The notes under the pieces: model-generated
Databases searched by the model: none
Told to the model about the DNA's origin: nothing
Seen by the model: the letters and a program-made list of their open reading frames with translations, nothing else
Part shown: piece by piece, positions 1 to 8,919 of the stretch
Layout of the letters: every line of letters starts with the position of its first letter
Position numbering within the stretch: position 1 is the stretch's first letter
IMG/VR virus record: IMGVR_UViG_3300029145_000013
Location: 1-38,684 of that record
From: a virus
Lineage: Duplodnaviria > Caudoviricetes
DNA: 38,684 nucleotides
Strand: one strand, 5' to 3'
Translations under genes and position numbers: made by a program

Positions 1-17
1 GTTTCCCAGTCACGATC
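1..17 (+). other. Random-amplification (Round A/B, SISPA) primer remnant GTTTCCCAGTCACGATC; library artefact
   Basis: Exact known primer sequence; its reverse complement is at 38668-38684. Confidence 0.95.
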
Positions 18-96
18 GAGGGTGGCCTGACGTACGCAACACCGCGCATGAACATTTGGAGGTTTGGCAGCAAAACCAGTTGCCGAGGAGTTAAGC

Positions 97-480
97 ATGG
101 CTACAAGCGGGCAAAGACCCAAGCCCAACGCATTAAAATTAGTAACGGGCAATCCAGGCAAGCGCGCACTGGACCCCACAGAAGTAGAAATAAGAGAAAC
201 GCCTTTACTACCCCCAGTTGAATTAGAAGAACGAGCCCAACAGTTATGGGAACAGTTCATTGATTCGGCTTGGTGGCTATCTGAGCATGACGCACCGAAA
301 GCGTATATGTGGGTAAGCCTAGAGGTAGAGTTTGAGAAATGTCCGGCTGGAATGAACTCTGCCAGGATAGGTCAACTAAGAGCCCTTGGGAGCGAGTTAG
401 GGTTTGACCCCTCGGCAAGAGCAAGAATGCCATCTGGATCTCAAAAGGATACAGACCCGGCAGACAAATACTTTGATTGA
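97..480 (+). CDS. terS: Terminase small subunit, P27/HK97-like family
   Basis: GQRPKPNALKLVTGNPGKR N-terminus and ELGFDPSARAR C-terminal motif; ATG at 97 with SD GAGGAG (ORF track starts at 64). Confidence 0.9.
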   Translation: MATSGQRPKPNALKLVTGNPGKRALDPTEVEIRETPLLPPVELEERAQQLWEQFIDSAWWLSEHDAPKAYMWVSLEVEFEKCPAGMNSARIGQLRALGSELGFDPSARARMPSGSQKDTDPADKYFD

Positions 481-2203
481 CCCGTGTACTGATTACGCAC
501 AAAAAGTAGTAGGCGGTGAAATAGTAGCAGGACCCTATGTTCGGGCTGCATGTAAAAGACATTTAGATGACCTAGAGAACGGCCATAAGAGGGGGCTGTC
601 CTGGCATCCTGAAGAAGTTGAGAGGGTTATAGGTTATTTCCGTGAAGTTCTCACGGTAGAGATTGAACGAGAGGAAGACGGAGAAACTATCTCTGAGGCG
701 GTTCCTTTTGATCCTCACCCCTCGCAGTGTTTTATTTTAGGCTCTTTGTTTGGTTGGAGAAACTCCAAGGGCCATAGAAGATTTAGACGTGCTTATATCG
801 AGATTGGCAAGGGAAATGGAAAATCTCCCCTGGCCGCTGGTATAGGCCATTACATGTTATCCGCCACAAAGAAACTAAGGGCGGAAATATACAGTGCAGC
901 CACTGATAAAGATCAGGCGGCGATTTTGTTCAGGGATGCGGTTGAGATGTGGAACCGCTCCCCTGCGCTAGCGAAAAGACTCACCCCTTCAGGTGTCAAT
1001 CCTGTTTGGCAATTAACACATATTCCATCAGCCTCCTTTTTCAAGCCCATTAGCTCGGAGAAGAAGGGTAAGTCTGGAATCAGACCTTATTGCGCCCTAG
1101 TGGATGAAGTCCACGAACATCCTGATAACACCGTTATTGAGATGTTACGGGCGGGCACAAAGGGCAACCAACAAGCTCTTATATTTGAGATCACCAATAG
1201 TGGTTTTGATCGGACTAGCGCCTGTTGGAATGAGCATGAGTACACCGTCAAGGTAGTAACTGGGGAGCTAGAAAACGATTCCTGGTTTGGCTACGTTTGC
1301 GCCCTAGACGAGGGTGACAAGCCATTTGAAGACGAATCTTGCTGGATAAAAGCAAACCCTTTGATGGGCGTTTCTATCCACCCTGAATTCATTAGGGAGC
1401 AGGTCCGAGAAGCCGAAGGGATGCCCTCAAAGGAATCTCTTGTTAAGCGCCTTCACTTTTGCGAATGGCTGGATGGTGCTGAGTCTTGGATTTCTGGAAA
1501 GCTTTGGAGGTCCCGCGAAAGAGTCTTAAACATAAAAGACTTTATTGGGATGGAGTGTTATGGGGGTATCGACCTCTCATATACGAAAGACTTAAGCGCT
1601 TTAGCTATTGTTTTTCCAAAAGACGGGAAGTTCTACGCCTTTGTTTACCTCTGGAAGCCAAAAGAAACTCTAGAGGACGCAGAAAAAGAAGACCGGGTTC
1701 CATACAGGGACTGGGCCAACCAAGGGCATCTAATAACAACGCCAGGGAAGGTTATAAAACTTCCCAAGGTTGCAAGGAAGCTAGGGGAGATCCAAACCAA
1801 ATTTCAATTCCTTGAACTGGCCTATGACAAATACCGCCAGAGGGAACTAGACGAAGACCTTCAAGACGAAGGGATTAGTCTGAATATGATCGAACATCCC
1901 CAGGGCTTTAGAAGAGATAAAAACAGCCCGCTTTGGATGCCAGAGAGTGTGGAAACTCTTGAAAACATGATTACAGAAGGTGAGTTAGTTGTTAATACCA
2001 ACCCTCTTCTTCGTTACAACGTTGCGTCCGCAGTAGTACGGCCAGATCCAGCAGGAACAGACGGCAGAATCTTAGACAAAAGAAAGTCACGCGCACGAAT
2101 TGATGGCGCGGTTGCTTTGGCTATGGGTGTAGGGATAGCAAAGGTCCGGCATGACTCGTCGAAGAGAGTTCTTCCGGTCAACGTGGAGGACATACTGGTT
2201 TGA
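473..2203 (+). CDS. terL: Terminase large subunit, HK97/D3-like (Terminase_1, cos type)
   Basis: RRFRRAYIEIGKGNGKS Walker A, LVDEVHEH Walker B, ITNSG, GGIDLS and RIDGAVA nuclease motifs; probable TTG start at 473 (frame open from 404). Confidence 0.95.
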   Translation: MIDPCTDYAQKVVGGEIVAGPYVRAACKRHLDDLENGHKRGLSWHPEEVERVIGYFREVLTVEIEREEDGETISEAVPFDPHPSQCFILGSLFGWRNSKGHRRFRRAYIEIGKGNGKSPLAAGIGHYMLSATKKLRAEIYSAATDKDQAAILFRDAVEMWNRSPALAKRLTPSGVNPVWQLTHIPSASFFKPISSEKKGKSGIRPYCALVDEVHEHPDNTVIEMLRAGTKGNQQALIFEITNSGFDRTSACWNEHEYTVKVVTGELENDSWFGYVCALDEGDKPFEDESCWIKANPLMGVSIHPEFIREQVREAEGMPSKESLVKRLHFCEWLDGAESWISGKLWRSRERVLNIKDFIGMECYGGIDLSYTKDLSALAIVFPKDGKFYAFVYLWKPKETLEDAEKEDRVPYRDWANQGHLITTPGKVIKLPKVARKLGEIQTKFQFLELAYDKYRQRELDEDLQDEGISLNMIEHPQGFRRDKNSPLWMPESVETLENMITEGELVVNTNPLLRYNVASAVVRPDPAGTDGRILDKRKSRARIDGAVALAMGVGIAKVRHDSSKRVLPVNVEDILV

Positions 2204-2718
2204 TAGAACCCCATCACAAAAGAATAGTGGGAATGCATGTAACCAAGAAGGGGAAGATCGCCCTAGTTTGGTTGGCAATAAATCCTGATTCAAGACATGT
2301 GCATATTTATGACTGCTGCACATTCAACCCAGAAACGCACGAAGCAATGCGAGAGGCGGTGAACACTAGGGGGAGGTTTATACCTTTAGCCTGGAGTCAC
2401 GAAGAATTTGCAAAAGCCCTCGAATCGAAAGGTGTCCGCATCCTTCCAGAAAAAACAAGCGACTCAGACGAAATGGCAGAAGTTGTTTCAAGGGATATAT
2501 GGGAGCGGATCAGAGCCAAAAGAATCACAGCCGACAAAAACCTTAAAGACTGGGCCGAGGAAGCAAAAAGCCTTCAAAGGCTAGACGGGAAAATACCCAG
2601 AGATAGTCATCCCTTAATGTCGGCAACAAGAATCGCAATGCAAGAAATCAAGTCCGCTAGAAGTAATCAGCGAAAACTAGGAAAGAAAAAACATCAACGG
2701 AGGGTAGCAATCGTATGA
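2200..2718 (+). CDS. Stand-alone degenerate P22-type TerL C-terminal RNase H-like domain; putative terminase-portal adaptor
   Basis: HHKRIVGMH..ALVWLAIN..HIYD..RGRFIPLAWSH..W.EE....R.DGKI...HPLMSATRIA follows the P22-like TerL C-domain pattern, with acidic catalytic positions replaced; SD GGAGGA 9 nt before the TTG. Confidence 0.7.
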   Translation: MIEPHHKRIVGMHVTKKGKIALVWLAINPDSRHVHIYDCCTFNPETHEAMREAVNTRGRFIPLAWSHEEFAKALESKGVRILPEKTSDSDEMAEVVSRDIWERIRAKRITADKNLKDWAEEAKSLQRLDGKIPRDSHPLMSATRIAMQEIKSARSNQRKLGKKKHQRRVAIV

Positions 2719-2837
2719 GCATCAAACTAGCTGCGGAAATCGAAGAGCTTAAAAAGCAAATTAAGACGCTTGAAACAAATTACAAAAAACTGGAGAAGCA
2801 ACTCCAGCAAGTAAAGAAAACCAAAGGAACTAAATGA
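2715..2837 (+). CDS. Small 40-aa coiled-coil protein
   Basis: MSIKLAAEIEELKKQIKTLETNYKKLEKQLQQVKKTKGTK; ATGA-coupled to both neighbours; not in ORF track. Confidence 0.65.
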   Translation: MSIKLAAEIEELKKQIKTLETNYKKLEKQLQQVKKTKGTK

Positions 2838-4822
2838 GCCTAACAGATCGTGAAATCCTAGCTATTGTAGATCGTGAATTCACGTCCTCAATGGGTGCGC
2901 CCGATGGTGAAGTATCCGAAGAACGCGCACTAGCCTGGGATTTTTATAACTCCAAGCCATTAGGGAATGAGATCGACGGTAAGTCCAAAGTAGTAACGTC
3001 TGACGTGTCGGATGTTGTAGACGGGATCATGCCTTCCCTTATGCGGATGTTTACGACAAAGGACAACTTAGTCTCATTTGACGCTGTAGGTCCTGAAGAC
3101 GAGCCTTTAGCCGAACAAGAAACTGACTACACCTCTCACGTATTTTTCAAGAAGAACAAGAACTCCTTTCTAACTCTCTATACATGGTTCATGGATTCTT
3201 TAATCCAAAAGAACGGCATTGTTAAGTGCTGGTTTGATGAATCTGAGGAAGTAACCGAGGAGACCTATAAGGGCCTAAGTGAAGCCGATGTTTTTAAGCT
3301 TCTTCAAGATGATGAATTAGAACCCTTAGATCGTGATGAGAGGCTGGAAAAAATATGGGTTGATGGTGTTGAGATTGAGACTACTGTTCACGACATACGA
3401 TTTAAGCGCACTTGCAAGAAAAACTCCATTCGAGTAGTCCCTGTACCCCCGGAAGAGTTCCGAATTTCCTCTGACTCTATCTCTCCCGACCCGAGTGAGG
3501 CCAGAATGGTTGGCCAAGAGCGTGATATTAAACGCTCTGACTTGATTGGTATGGGCTTTGATAAGCAGACAGTCTTAAAACTCCCGGCAGCGGGCAAAAA
3601 CCCAAAATCTACTGAGAAAACTAGAAGAAAAAGTAAAGTAGACGAGACCAGAGAGGGCGGGGCGGAGCATTTAGAGCAAGAAGTCACAGTAAGAGAGTGT
3701 TATTTAAAACTCGATGGTGAGTTAAGACAAGTATTCACCTCTAACGGGCACTTACTCTCTAACGAACCATCAGATAGACAGCCGTTCCACGTTCTATGCT
3801 CAAAACCTCTCCCCCATAAGCATTTTGGTACTTGCCCCGGCGAGATGGTGATGGACATTCAAGAAATCACCACCACTCTGACGCGCCAGATGTTGGACAA
3901 CCTTTACCAAACCAACAATCCAGGACATGCAGTCTACGAGCAGGCTATTGGTGATGACACGATGGACGGACTCCTATCAACAGAGATAGGAAGTATTACT
4001 ATTTTTGATCGACCTGTTGGCGAAGCTTACGCGCCAATGTCAGTTCCGTTTACAGCCGCTTCTACGTTCCCAATGCTGGAATTATGGGACAAAGCTAAGC
4101 GTGATAGAACTGGGGTCCACTCAGACTCAGAAGGCCTTACACCTGACGCCTTAAAGAATATTCAATCCTCTGTTCTCAGAGAAGCTATATCAATGTCTAA
4201 GGACAAGATCGAGATGATCGCTCGAATCTTTGCTGAGACAGGTATCAAGTCTCTCTTTTTACACATTCACGAACTCATTAGAAAGCACCAAGACATTGAA
4301 GAAGTGGTGAAGCTAAGGGGCGAGTGGGTGGAAGTAGACCCAACCTCTTGGAGAGATAGAACAGATATAACAGTCAACATAGGATTGGGTATTGGTTCAA
4401 AGGAGTCAAATCTACTTCATTTAGGACAAATACAACAAGTTCAGTCTGCAATTGAACAGAATGGCGGAAAGAACTTAATTGTCAAGCCCAAAAATATTTA
4501 CAACATGGCCAAGGAAATCGCTAAGAACGCAGGCCAAGAGCCTGACCTGTTCTTTACTGATCCTGGTGACGCCATGTCTCCGCCTTCCTCACAAGAACAA
4601 CAGCAGTTACAGCTCCAAGCACAAATGTTAGGACAGAAGGAAGAGCAACTTAAATCAATGGAAGACAGGATTAATAAAACCCTTCTTCAACATCAGAGAG
4701 AAATGCTCAAGATTGACCAGGCGGACAGCCACCATAACGATGATCTTATGGTGAAACTTGAGGAGCTACAAAACGAAGTCTTAGAACTACAGCTTAAATA
4801 CGAGGAACAGCCAACGGTATGA
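2834..4822 (+). CDS. Portal protein, P22/SU10-like podovirus type
   Basis: 662 aa; GNEIDGKSKVVTSDVSD..MPSLMRMF, KNGIVKCWFD and VPPEEFRIS motifs; Gln-rich C-terminal barrel; position after terminase. Confidence 0.9.
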   Translation: MSLTDREILAIVDREFTSSMGAPDGEVSEERALAWDFYNSKPLGNEIDGKSKVVTSDVSDVVDGIMPSLMRMFTTKDNLVSFDAVGPEDEPLAEQETDYTSHVFFKKNKNSFLTLYTWFMDSLIQKNGIVKCWFDESEEVTEETYKGLSEADVFKLLQDDELEPLDRDERLEKIWVDGVEIETTVHDIRFKRTCKKNSIRVVPVPPEEFRISSDSISPDPSEARMVGQERDIKRSDLIGMGFDKQTVLKLPAAGKNPKSTEKTRRKSKVDETREGGAEHLEQEVTVRECYLKLDGELRQVFTSNGHLLSNEPSDRQPFHVLCSKPLPHKHFGTCPGEMVMDIQEITTTLTRQMLDNLYQTNNPGHAVYEQAIGDDTMDGLLSTEIGSITIFDRPVGEAYAPMSVPFTAASTFPMLELWDKAKRDRTGVHSDSEGLTPDALKNIQSSVLREAISMSKDKIEMIARIFAETGIKSLFLHIHELIRKHQDIEEVVKLRGEWVEVDPTSWRDRTDITVNIGLGIGSKESNLLHLGQIQQVQSAIEQNGGKNLIVKPKNIYNMAKEIAKNAGQEPDLFFTDPGDAMSPPSSQEQQQLQLQAQMLGQKEEQLKSMEDRINKTLLQHQREMLKIDQADSHHNDDLMVKLEELQNEVLELQLKYEEQPTV

Positions 4823-5100
4823 CGGATAAGGCTAGGGAGGCCATTGAGCTAGCGATTGACGCTAAGAACGCTCTTGAGAACAGGGTTATCCAAAGATACT
4901 GGAGTGATGTAGATAAACACCTCACTGCTCTTTTGAAAGCCACACCCCCAAGAGACAAAGACCGTGTTCTTGAGTTGCAAAACTACATGTATCTATTCGA
5001 GAAGATGAAGAAAGACTTTCATCAATACGTGCATAGAGGAAATAGAGCGGCAACCAAGATAGGGAATAAAACCCTAGCTGAAAAGCTAAAGCTCAAATGA
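4819..5100 (+). CDS. Hypothetical protein between portal and scaffold
   Basis: 93-aa ORF, ATGA-coupled to portal. Confidence 0.75.
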   Translation: MTDKAREAIELAIDAKNALENRVIQRYWSDVDKHLTALLKATPPRDKDRVLELQNYMYLFEKMKKDFHQYVHRGNRAATKIGNKTLAEKLKLK

Positions 5101-5109
5101 TTTATCAAC

Positions 5110-5132
5110 AAGGCCCTTCGGGGCCTTTTTTT
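5110..5132 (+). terminator. Rho-independent terminator
   Basis: AAGGCCC-TTCG-GGGCCTT followed by a T tract. Confidence 0.85.
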
Positions 5133-5145
5133 ATTGGAGTGAGAA

Positions 5146-6222
5146 ATGTCCGATCAGGAAACCTCAACACCAGAGGCCCCAGCGGAACCTAACTTAGGAT
5201 TGTTAGCCCAGGAGGTTTTTGGTTCAGATTATCACGGAAACGTAGAACCGACAGAAACACCAGAGGAGATTCCGGAACTGGAAGAACCTCAAGAGCCAGT
5301 GGAGACACTGGAAGTTACACCGGAGGAGACCCCGGAAGAAACAATCGAGACGGAAGAAGAAACACCAATATCTTCATTTTCTGAACTCGTAGAGAACCAG
5401 GGCTGGGATCCTGAATGGGCGAACAGCCTTGAAATCCCAGTAAAAGTGGATGGTGAATCATCCTCTGCAACGCTCAGCGACTTAGTGAGGTCATACCAGA
5501 CCCAAGAGGCTGCTGATAAACGGCTCACTGAAGCCAAAGAAAAAGCCAAATCGCAAAACCAAGCATTGGCAACAAAAGAGCAGAATCTGGACGCTCTGAT
5601 TGGAATCGCTGGCTCCTTCTTGGGAAAGCAACAAAAAGCTCTTCAAGAAGAATACGCCGCGCTGGACAAAGACTCTCTTAGAGATACCGACCCCGCCGAG
5701 TGGTCTGCGAAAAAACAAGAACTACAAGATCGCATGACTGCCTTTCAGGGCGAAGTAAATCAATTGGCATCTGTACACCAACAGCAAGCCCAACAAAAAG
5801 AGCAAGAGACTGAACAGCAAAGACAAGAGCGACTTCAAAAAGAACACCAATCTCTCTTAGAGAAGTTGCCCGAATGGGCTGATGTAGAAGTACAGGAAAA
5901 AGAGCAAAAACAACTCCATGAATATCTTTCTGGGTTGGAAATGTCACCTGACTCCTACGCCGCCATAGATTCGGATCACAACCTCTTTTTAATGGTTCGC
6001 AAAGCACGCCTTTTCGACGAGATGGAAAGCAAAGCCGAACCAGCCAAGAAGAAACTGGTCAAGGTCCCCAAAGTTTTAAAACCCGGACCTTCTCAAACGC
6101 CAGTTGACACCAATCAAACCCGGATCAGCGAGTTAGAAACACTCATCAACGAGAATCCTAATCATAGGTATGTAATGAAGTGGTCTACCGAGCTGCATCA
6201 ATTGCGACGAGGTAATAAATAA
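5146..6222 (+). CDS. Capsid scaffolding protein
   Basis: Acidic disordered N-terminus, VKVDGE..TLSDLVRSYQ, DTDPAEW motif, coiled coil; directly upstream of capsid gene. Confidence 0.85.
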   Translation: MSDQETSTPEAPAEPNLGLLAQEVFGSDYHGNVEPTETPEEIPELEEPQEPVETLEVTPEETPEETIETEEETPISSFSELVENQGWDPEWANSLEIPVKVDGESSSATLSDLVRSYQTQEAADKRLTEAKEKAKSQNQALATKEQNLDALIGIAGSFLGKQQKALQEEYAALDKDSLRDTDPAEWSAKKQELQDRMTAFQGEVNQLASVHQQQAQQKEQETEQQRQERLQKEHQSLLEKLPEWADVEVQEKEQKQLHEYLSGLEMSPDSYAAIDSDHNLFLMVRKARLFDEMESKAEPAKKKLVKVPKVLKPGPSQTPVDTNQTRISELETLINENPNHRYVMKWSTELHQLRRGNK

Positions 6223-7169
6223 TGGCGCAACCAAGTAATACTTTTGCCACCAATGATATGGTGGGTATTCGTGAACATCTATCAGACGAAATCTACAATG
6301 TATCTCCTGTAGAAGTTCCTTTTCAATCTTCTGTAGAATTTTCAGAAGCAAACTCAACTAAAGTCGAATGGCAAACTCAATCTCTAGCGGCTGCTGCTGC
6401 TAATGCGGTGATTGAGGGTGATGACGCTACCACTGACGCTGGTAACGCAACTACTCGATTATTCAACTACACGCAGATTTCAGACAAGGTTGCTCGCGTA
6501 ACTGGTACTGGTCGATCTGTAGACGCCGCTGGTCGTGGTGACGAACTAGATCACCAAATGATGCTGAAAGGCCGTGAACTTAAGCGCGACATCGAGAAGA
6601 TTGTTCTTGATAACGATGCTTATGTGGTTGGTAACGACTCTACCGCCCGCGAGTGCGCTGGTGTTCCAACTTGGATCATCACAAACATTGACGAAGCATC
6701 AGATGCAACTACTGCTACTGGTGACGGTTCAGACGCTCACACTGATGGTACAGCACGCGCTTTCACAGAAGATCAATTGAAAACTGTTCTTCGCAAGTGC
6801 TTTGACGAAGGTGGTCAACCTGACACTATCATGGTTGGTGCATTTAACCGCCAAGTGGCTTCTAGCTTCTCATCTGGCCGCACTAACGTTCAAAAGGTTG
6901 AAGATGATGTTCTTCACGCATCTTTCGACATCTATGAGTCTGATTTCGGTCAACTTAAGATCGTTCCTAACCGCTTCCAAGAAGCCCGCACTGCTCTTGT
7001 TCTTGATATGGACAACTGGGGTATGGCGTTCCTTCCTGGTAGAAACATGTCTACTACAGACCTGGCAAAGACTGGTGATACAGATCGCCGTCAAGTGCTT
7101 TCTGAGTACACGGTAATCGCTGGTCAAGAGAAATCTTCTGGCGCGGTTTACGACCTAACTGTCTCTTAA
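6222..7169 (+). CDS. Major capsid protein (DUF5309/SU10-like)
   Basis: GIREHLSDEIYNVSP, EWQTQSL, NYTQIS.K, ELKRDIE, YESDFG, LAKTGD motifs; strong codon bias; followed by a terminator. Confidence 0.92.
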   Translation: MAQPSNTFATNDMVGIREHLSDEIYNVSPVEVPFQSSVEFSEANSTKVEWQTQSLAAAAANAVIEGDDATTDAGNATTRLFNYTQISDKVARVTGTGRSVDAAGRGDELDHQMMLKGRELKRDIEKIVLDNDAYVVGNDSTARECAGVPTWIITNIDEASDATTATGDGSDAHTDGTARAFTEDQLKTVLRKCFDEGGQPDTIMVGAFNRQVASSFSSGRTNVQKVEDDVLHASFDIYESDFGQLKIVPNRFQEARTALVLDMDNWGMAFLPGRNMSTTDLAKTGDTDRRQVLSEYTVIAGQEKSSGAVYDLTVS

Positions 7170-7186
7170 TCTGAGTCAACTTAACC

Positions 7187-7212
7187 AAGGGAGCTTCGGC
7201 TCCCTTTTTTTA
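7187..7212 (+). terminator. Rho-independent terminator after capsid gene
   Basis: AAGGGAGC-TTCG-GCTCCCTT followed by a T tract. Confidence 0.88.
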
Positions 7213-7254
7213 TTCCTTTTTGGGCTCATCAGTCTTTAGCCCTGGAGAATCAAA

Positions 7255-7620
7255 ATGGCACTACCTTACGTACCACCTCTACAAAACAAGTTCTTCACAG
7301 TCACTATTGACGACATTTCCACCGCAGGACAAGAGTATTTTGCTCCTGGTTTTAACGGTCGAATCCGAAAGGCTACTTCAGTAATCAATGGCGCAATTGC
7401 AACCGCTGACGCTGACTTAACTTTGAAGATCGGCGGCACAGCCGTTACAAACGGTGTTATTACCGTTGCAACATCTGGATCCGCTGCGGGCACTGTCGAT
7501 AGCTGCTCACCAACCGCAAACCGCTCATTCACAAGCACTGATTCTATTGAGATTGAAACAGACGGCGCTTCCACGAACACGGTTGCTGTAACAGTCACCT
7601 TGGAATTGGAGCCAGCCTAA
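7255..7620 (+). CDS. Putative capsid cement/decoration protein
   Basis: 121-aa beta-rich, Thr/Ala/Gly-rich ORF after capsid gene. Confidence 0.6.
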   Translation: MALPYVPPLQNKFFTVTIDDISTAGQEYFAPGFNGRIRKATSVINGAIATADADLTLKIGGTAVTNGVITVATSGSAAGTVDSCSPTANRSFTSTDSIEIETDGASTNTVAVTVTLELEPA

Positions 7621-7937
7621 TGTCACGTCACTCTGATTGGGTGGAAACTGACAATGACGATAACGCCACTTCCACAGCGACGAGAGCCGCTGTTGCGAAT
7701 CAGAGTCACTACATTACGAGTGTGGCTGGTGGTTATTCGGCGGCTAATGTCGGTAACACCCTAATACTCAAGCAAGGTTCTACTGAGTTGGGAAGATGGA
7801 GAGTTAATAGTTCTTTGGCTATTCCATTTTCCTGCCCAATACGTCTCGAGCCCAACACCGTAGCTAACCTAGAGCTAGAAGCTTCTGGTGCTGGTGGTCA
7901 AATTGGTTCTGTAACCATGACGGGCTACACCCTTTGA
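7620..7937 (+). CDS. Putative virion beta-sandwich protein
   Basis: Coupled ORF in the structural operon, beta-rich composition. Confidence 0.55.
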   Translation: MSRHSDWVETDNDDNATSTATRAAVANQSHYITSVAGGYSAANVGNTLILKQGSTELGRWRVNSSLAIPFSCPIRLEPNTVANLELEASGAGGQIGSVTMTGYTL

Positions 7938-8296
7938 AGAAACTAATAGGGCAGGACACGGCGCTAGGTATAACAACGAATACTTGGGTTCACACCGGGG
8001 ATCAGGGACAGAAGCAAGTCACTGTTGAAACGATTCAAGATGCTGAGCCCGTATTCAAAAAAGCCAAACGATTAGCCCAGACCCAAGACAGTAAGTCTAG
8101 TTTTCGGTTTGCGGCTTCTGTCGCTAATAACGTCTTAAACGATGTGACTTATGCGGCGGCAAGAACCTGGGGAGTATCTGTTAAAGACGCCTTTGCGGAA
8201 ATTATGAAAGGCAAAACTGACAGATCCCAGGAAATTTTGAAGATGCTCAAACAAGGGCGTGACTACAGGAAATTCCAAGCGAAGCATTACGCATGA
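7934..8296 (+). CDS. Hypothetical head-completion region protein
   Basis: Coupled ORF (ETIQDAEPV, RFAASV) upstream of adaptor. Confidence 0.6.
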   Translation: MKKLIGQDTALGITTNTWVHTGDQGQKQVTVETIQDAEPVFKKAKRLAQTQDSKSSFRFAASVANNVLNDVTYAAARTWGVSVKDAFAEIMKGKTDRSQEILKMLKQGRDYRKFQAKHYA

Positions 8297-8919
8297 GTCT
8301 AGACACCTATTCCAATCTAAAAACCTCCATAGCGAATCATTTAGACAGAGATGATCTCTCGGATTATATAGATGACTTTATTGATCTCGCAGAAGAGATG
8401 CATAGAGGTCCTGTTGATGAAGGTGGAGTGCGGTGTTTAGAACAAATTTCGCGTGAAAGTTTCACAGTTGACGCAAGACAAAAGGATTTCCCTACGGGTT
8501 ATCTAGAGCCGATCAATTTTAGGCTTTTAACTACTCCTGTTACCGATCTAACGCACGTTAATTATCACGAGCTGAATCGACACAGATCAGAAACAACCGG
8601 GAAGCCGGAATACTACACGATTGGTGGGGAGTTTGAATTCAACAAATCTCCGGACTCTTCCTACTCGGGTGAGATTATCTTCTTCAAAGAAGAAACCGCA
8701 CTCAGTGATTCAAATACAACTAACAATATCCTTACCAATTATCCAAGTCTTTATCTATACGGGGCCTTGGTAGCTACTGCTCCGTTTCTGATGGATGACC
8801 CTCGAATAGTTATCTGGCAGACCCTTTATCAAGCGGGAGCTAACAGAGCTAATGGTAAGAGTAAGAAGGCGAGGAGGGCAAAGCACCTAGTCTCACAACC
8901 TGCTGGAGCTACTCCGTGA
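8293..8919 (+). CDS. Head-tail adaptor (podovirus)
   Basis: TYSNLKTSIANHLDRDDL, GKPEYYTI, YPSLYLYGAL..APFLMDDPRI pattern; synteny. Confidence 0.8.
   Translation: MSLDTYSNLKTSIANHLDRDDLSDYIDDFIDLAEEMHRGPVDEGGVRCLEQISRESFTVDARQKDFPTGYLEPINFRLLTTPVTDLTHVNYHELNRHRSETTGKPEYYTIGGEFEFNKSPDSSYSGEIIFFKEETALSDSNTTNNILTNYPSLYLYGALVATAPFLMDDPRIVIWQTLYQAGANRANGKSKKARRAKHLVSQPAGATP

Noticed and set aside
1-17. 17-bp terminal inverted repeat suggesting a linear replicon or transposon
   Set aside because: It is the standard random-amplification primer GTTTCCCAGTCACGATC.
2190-2210. -1 frameshift fusing TerL to the downstream terminase-like domain
   Set aside because: No canonical slippery heptamer at CTG GTT TGA, and a strong SD with a TTG start explains separate translation; not formally excluded.
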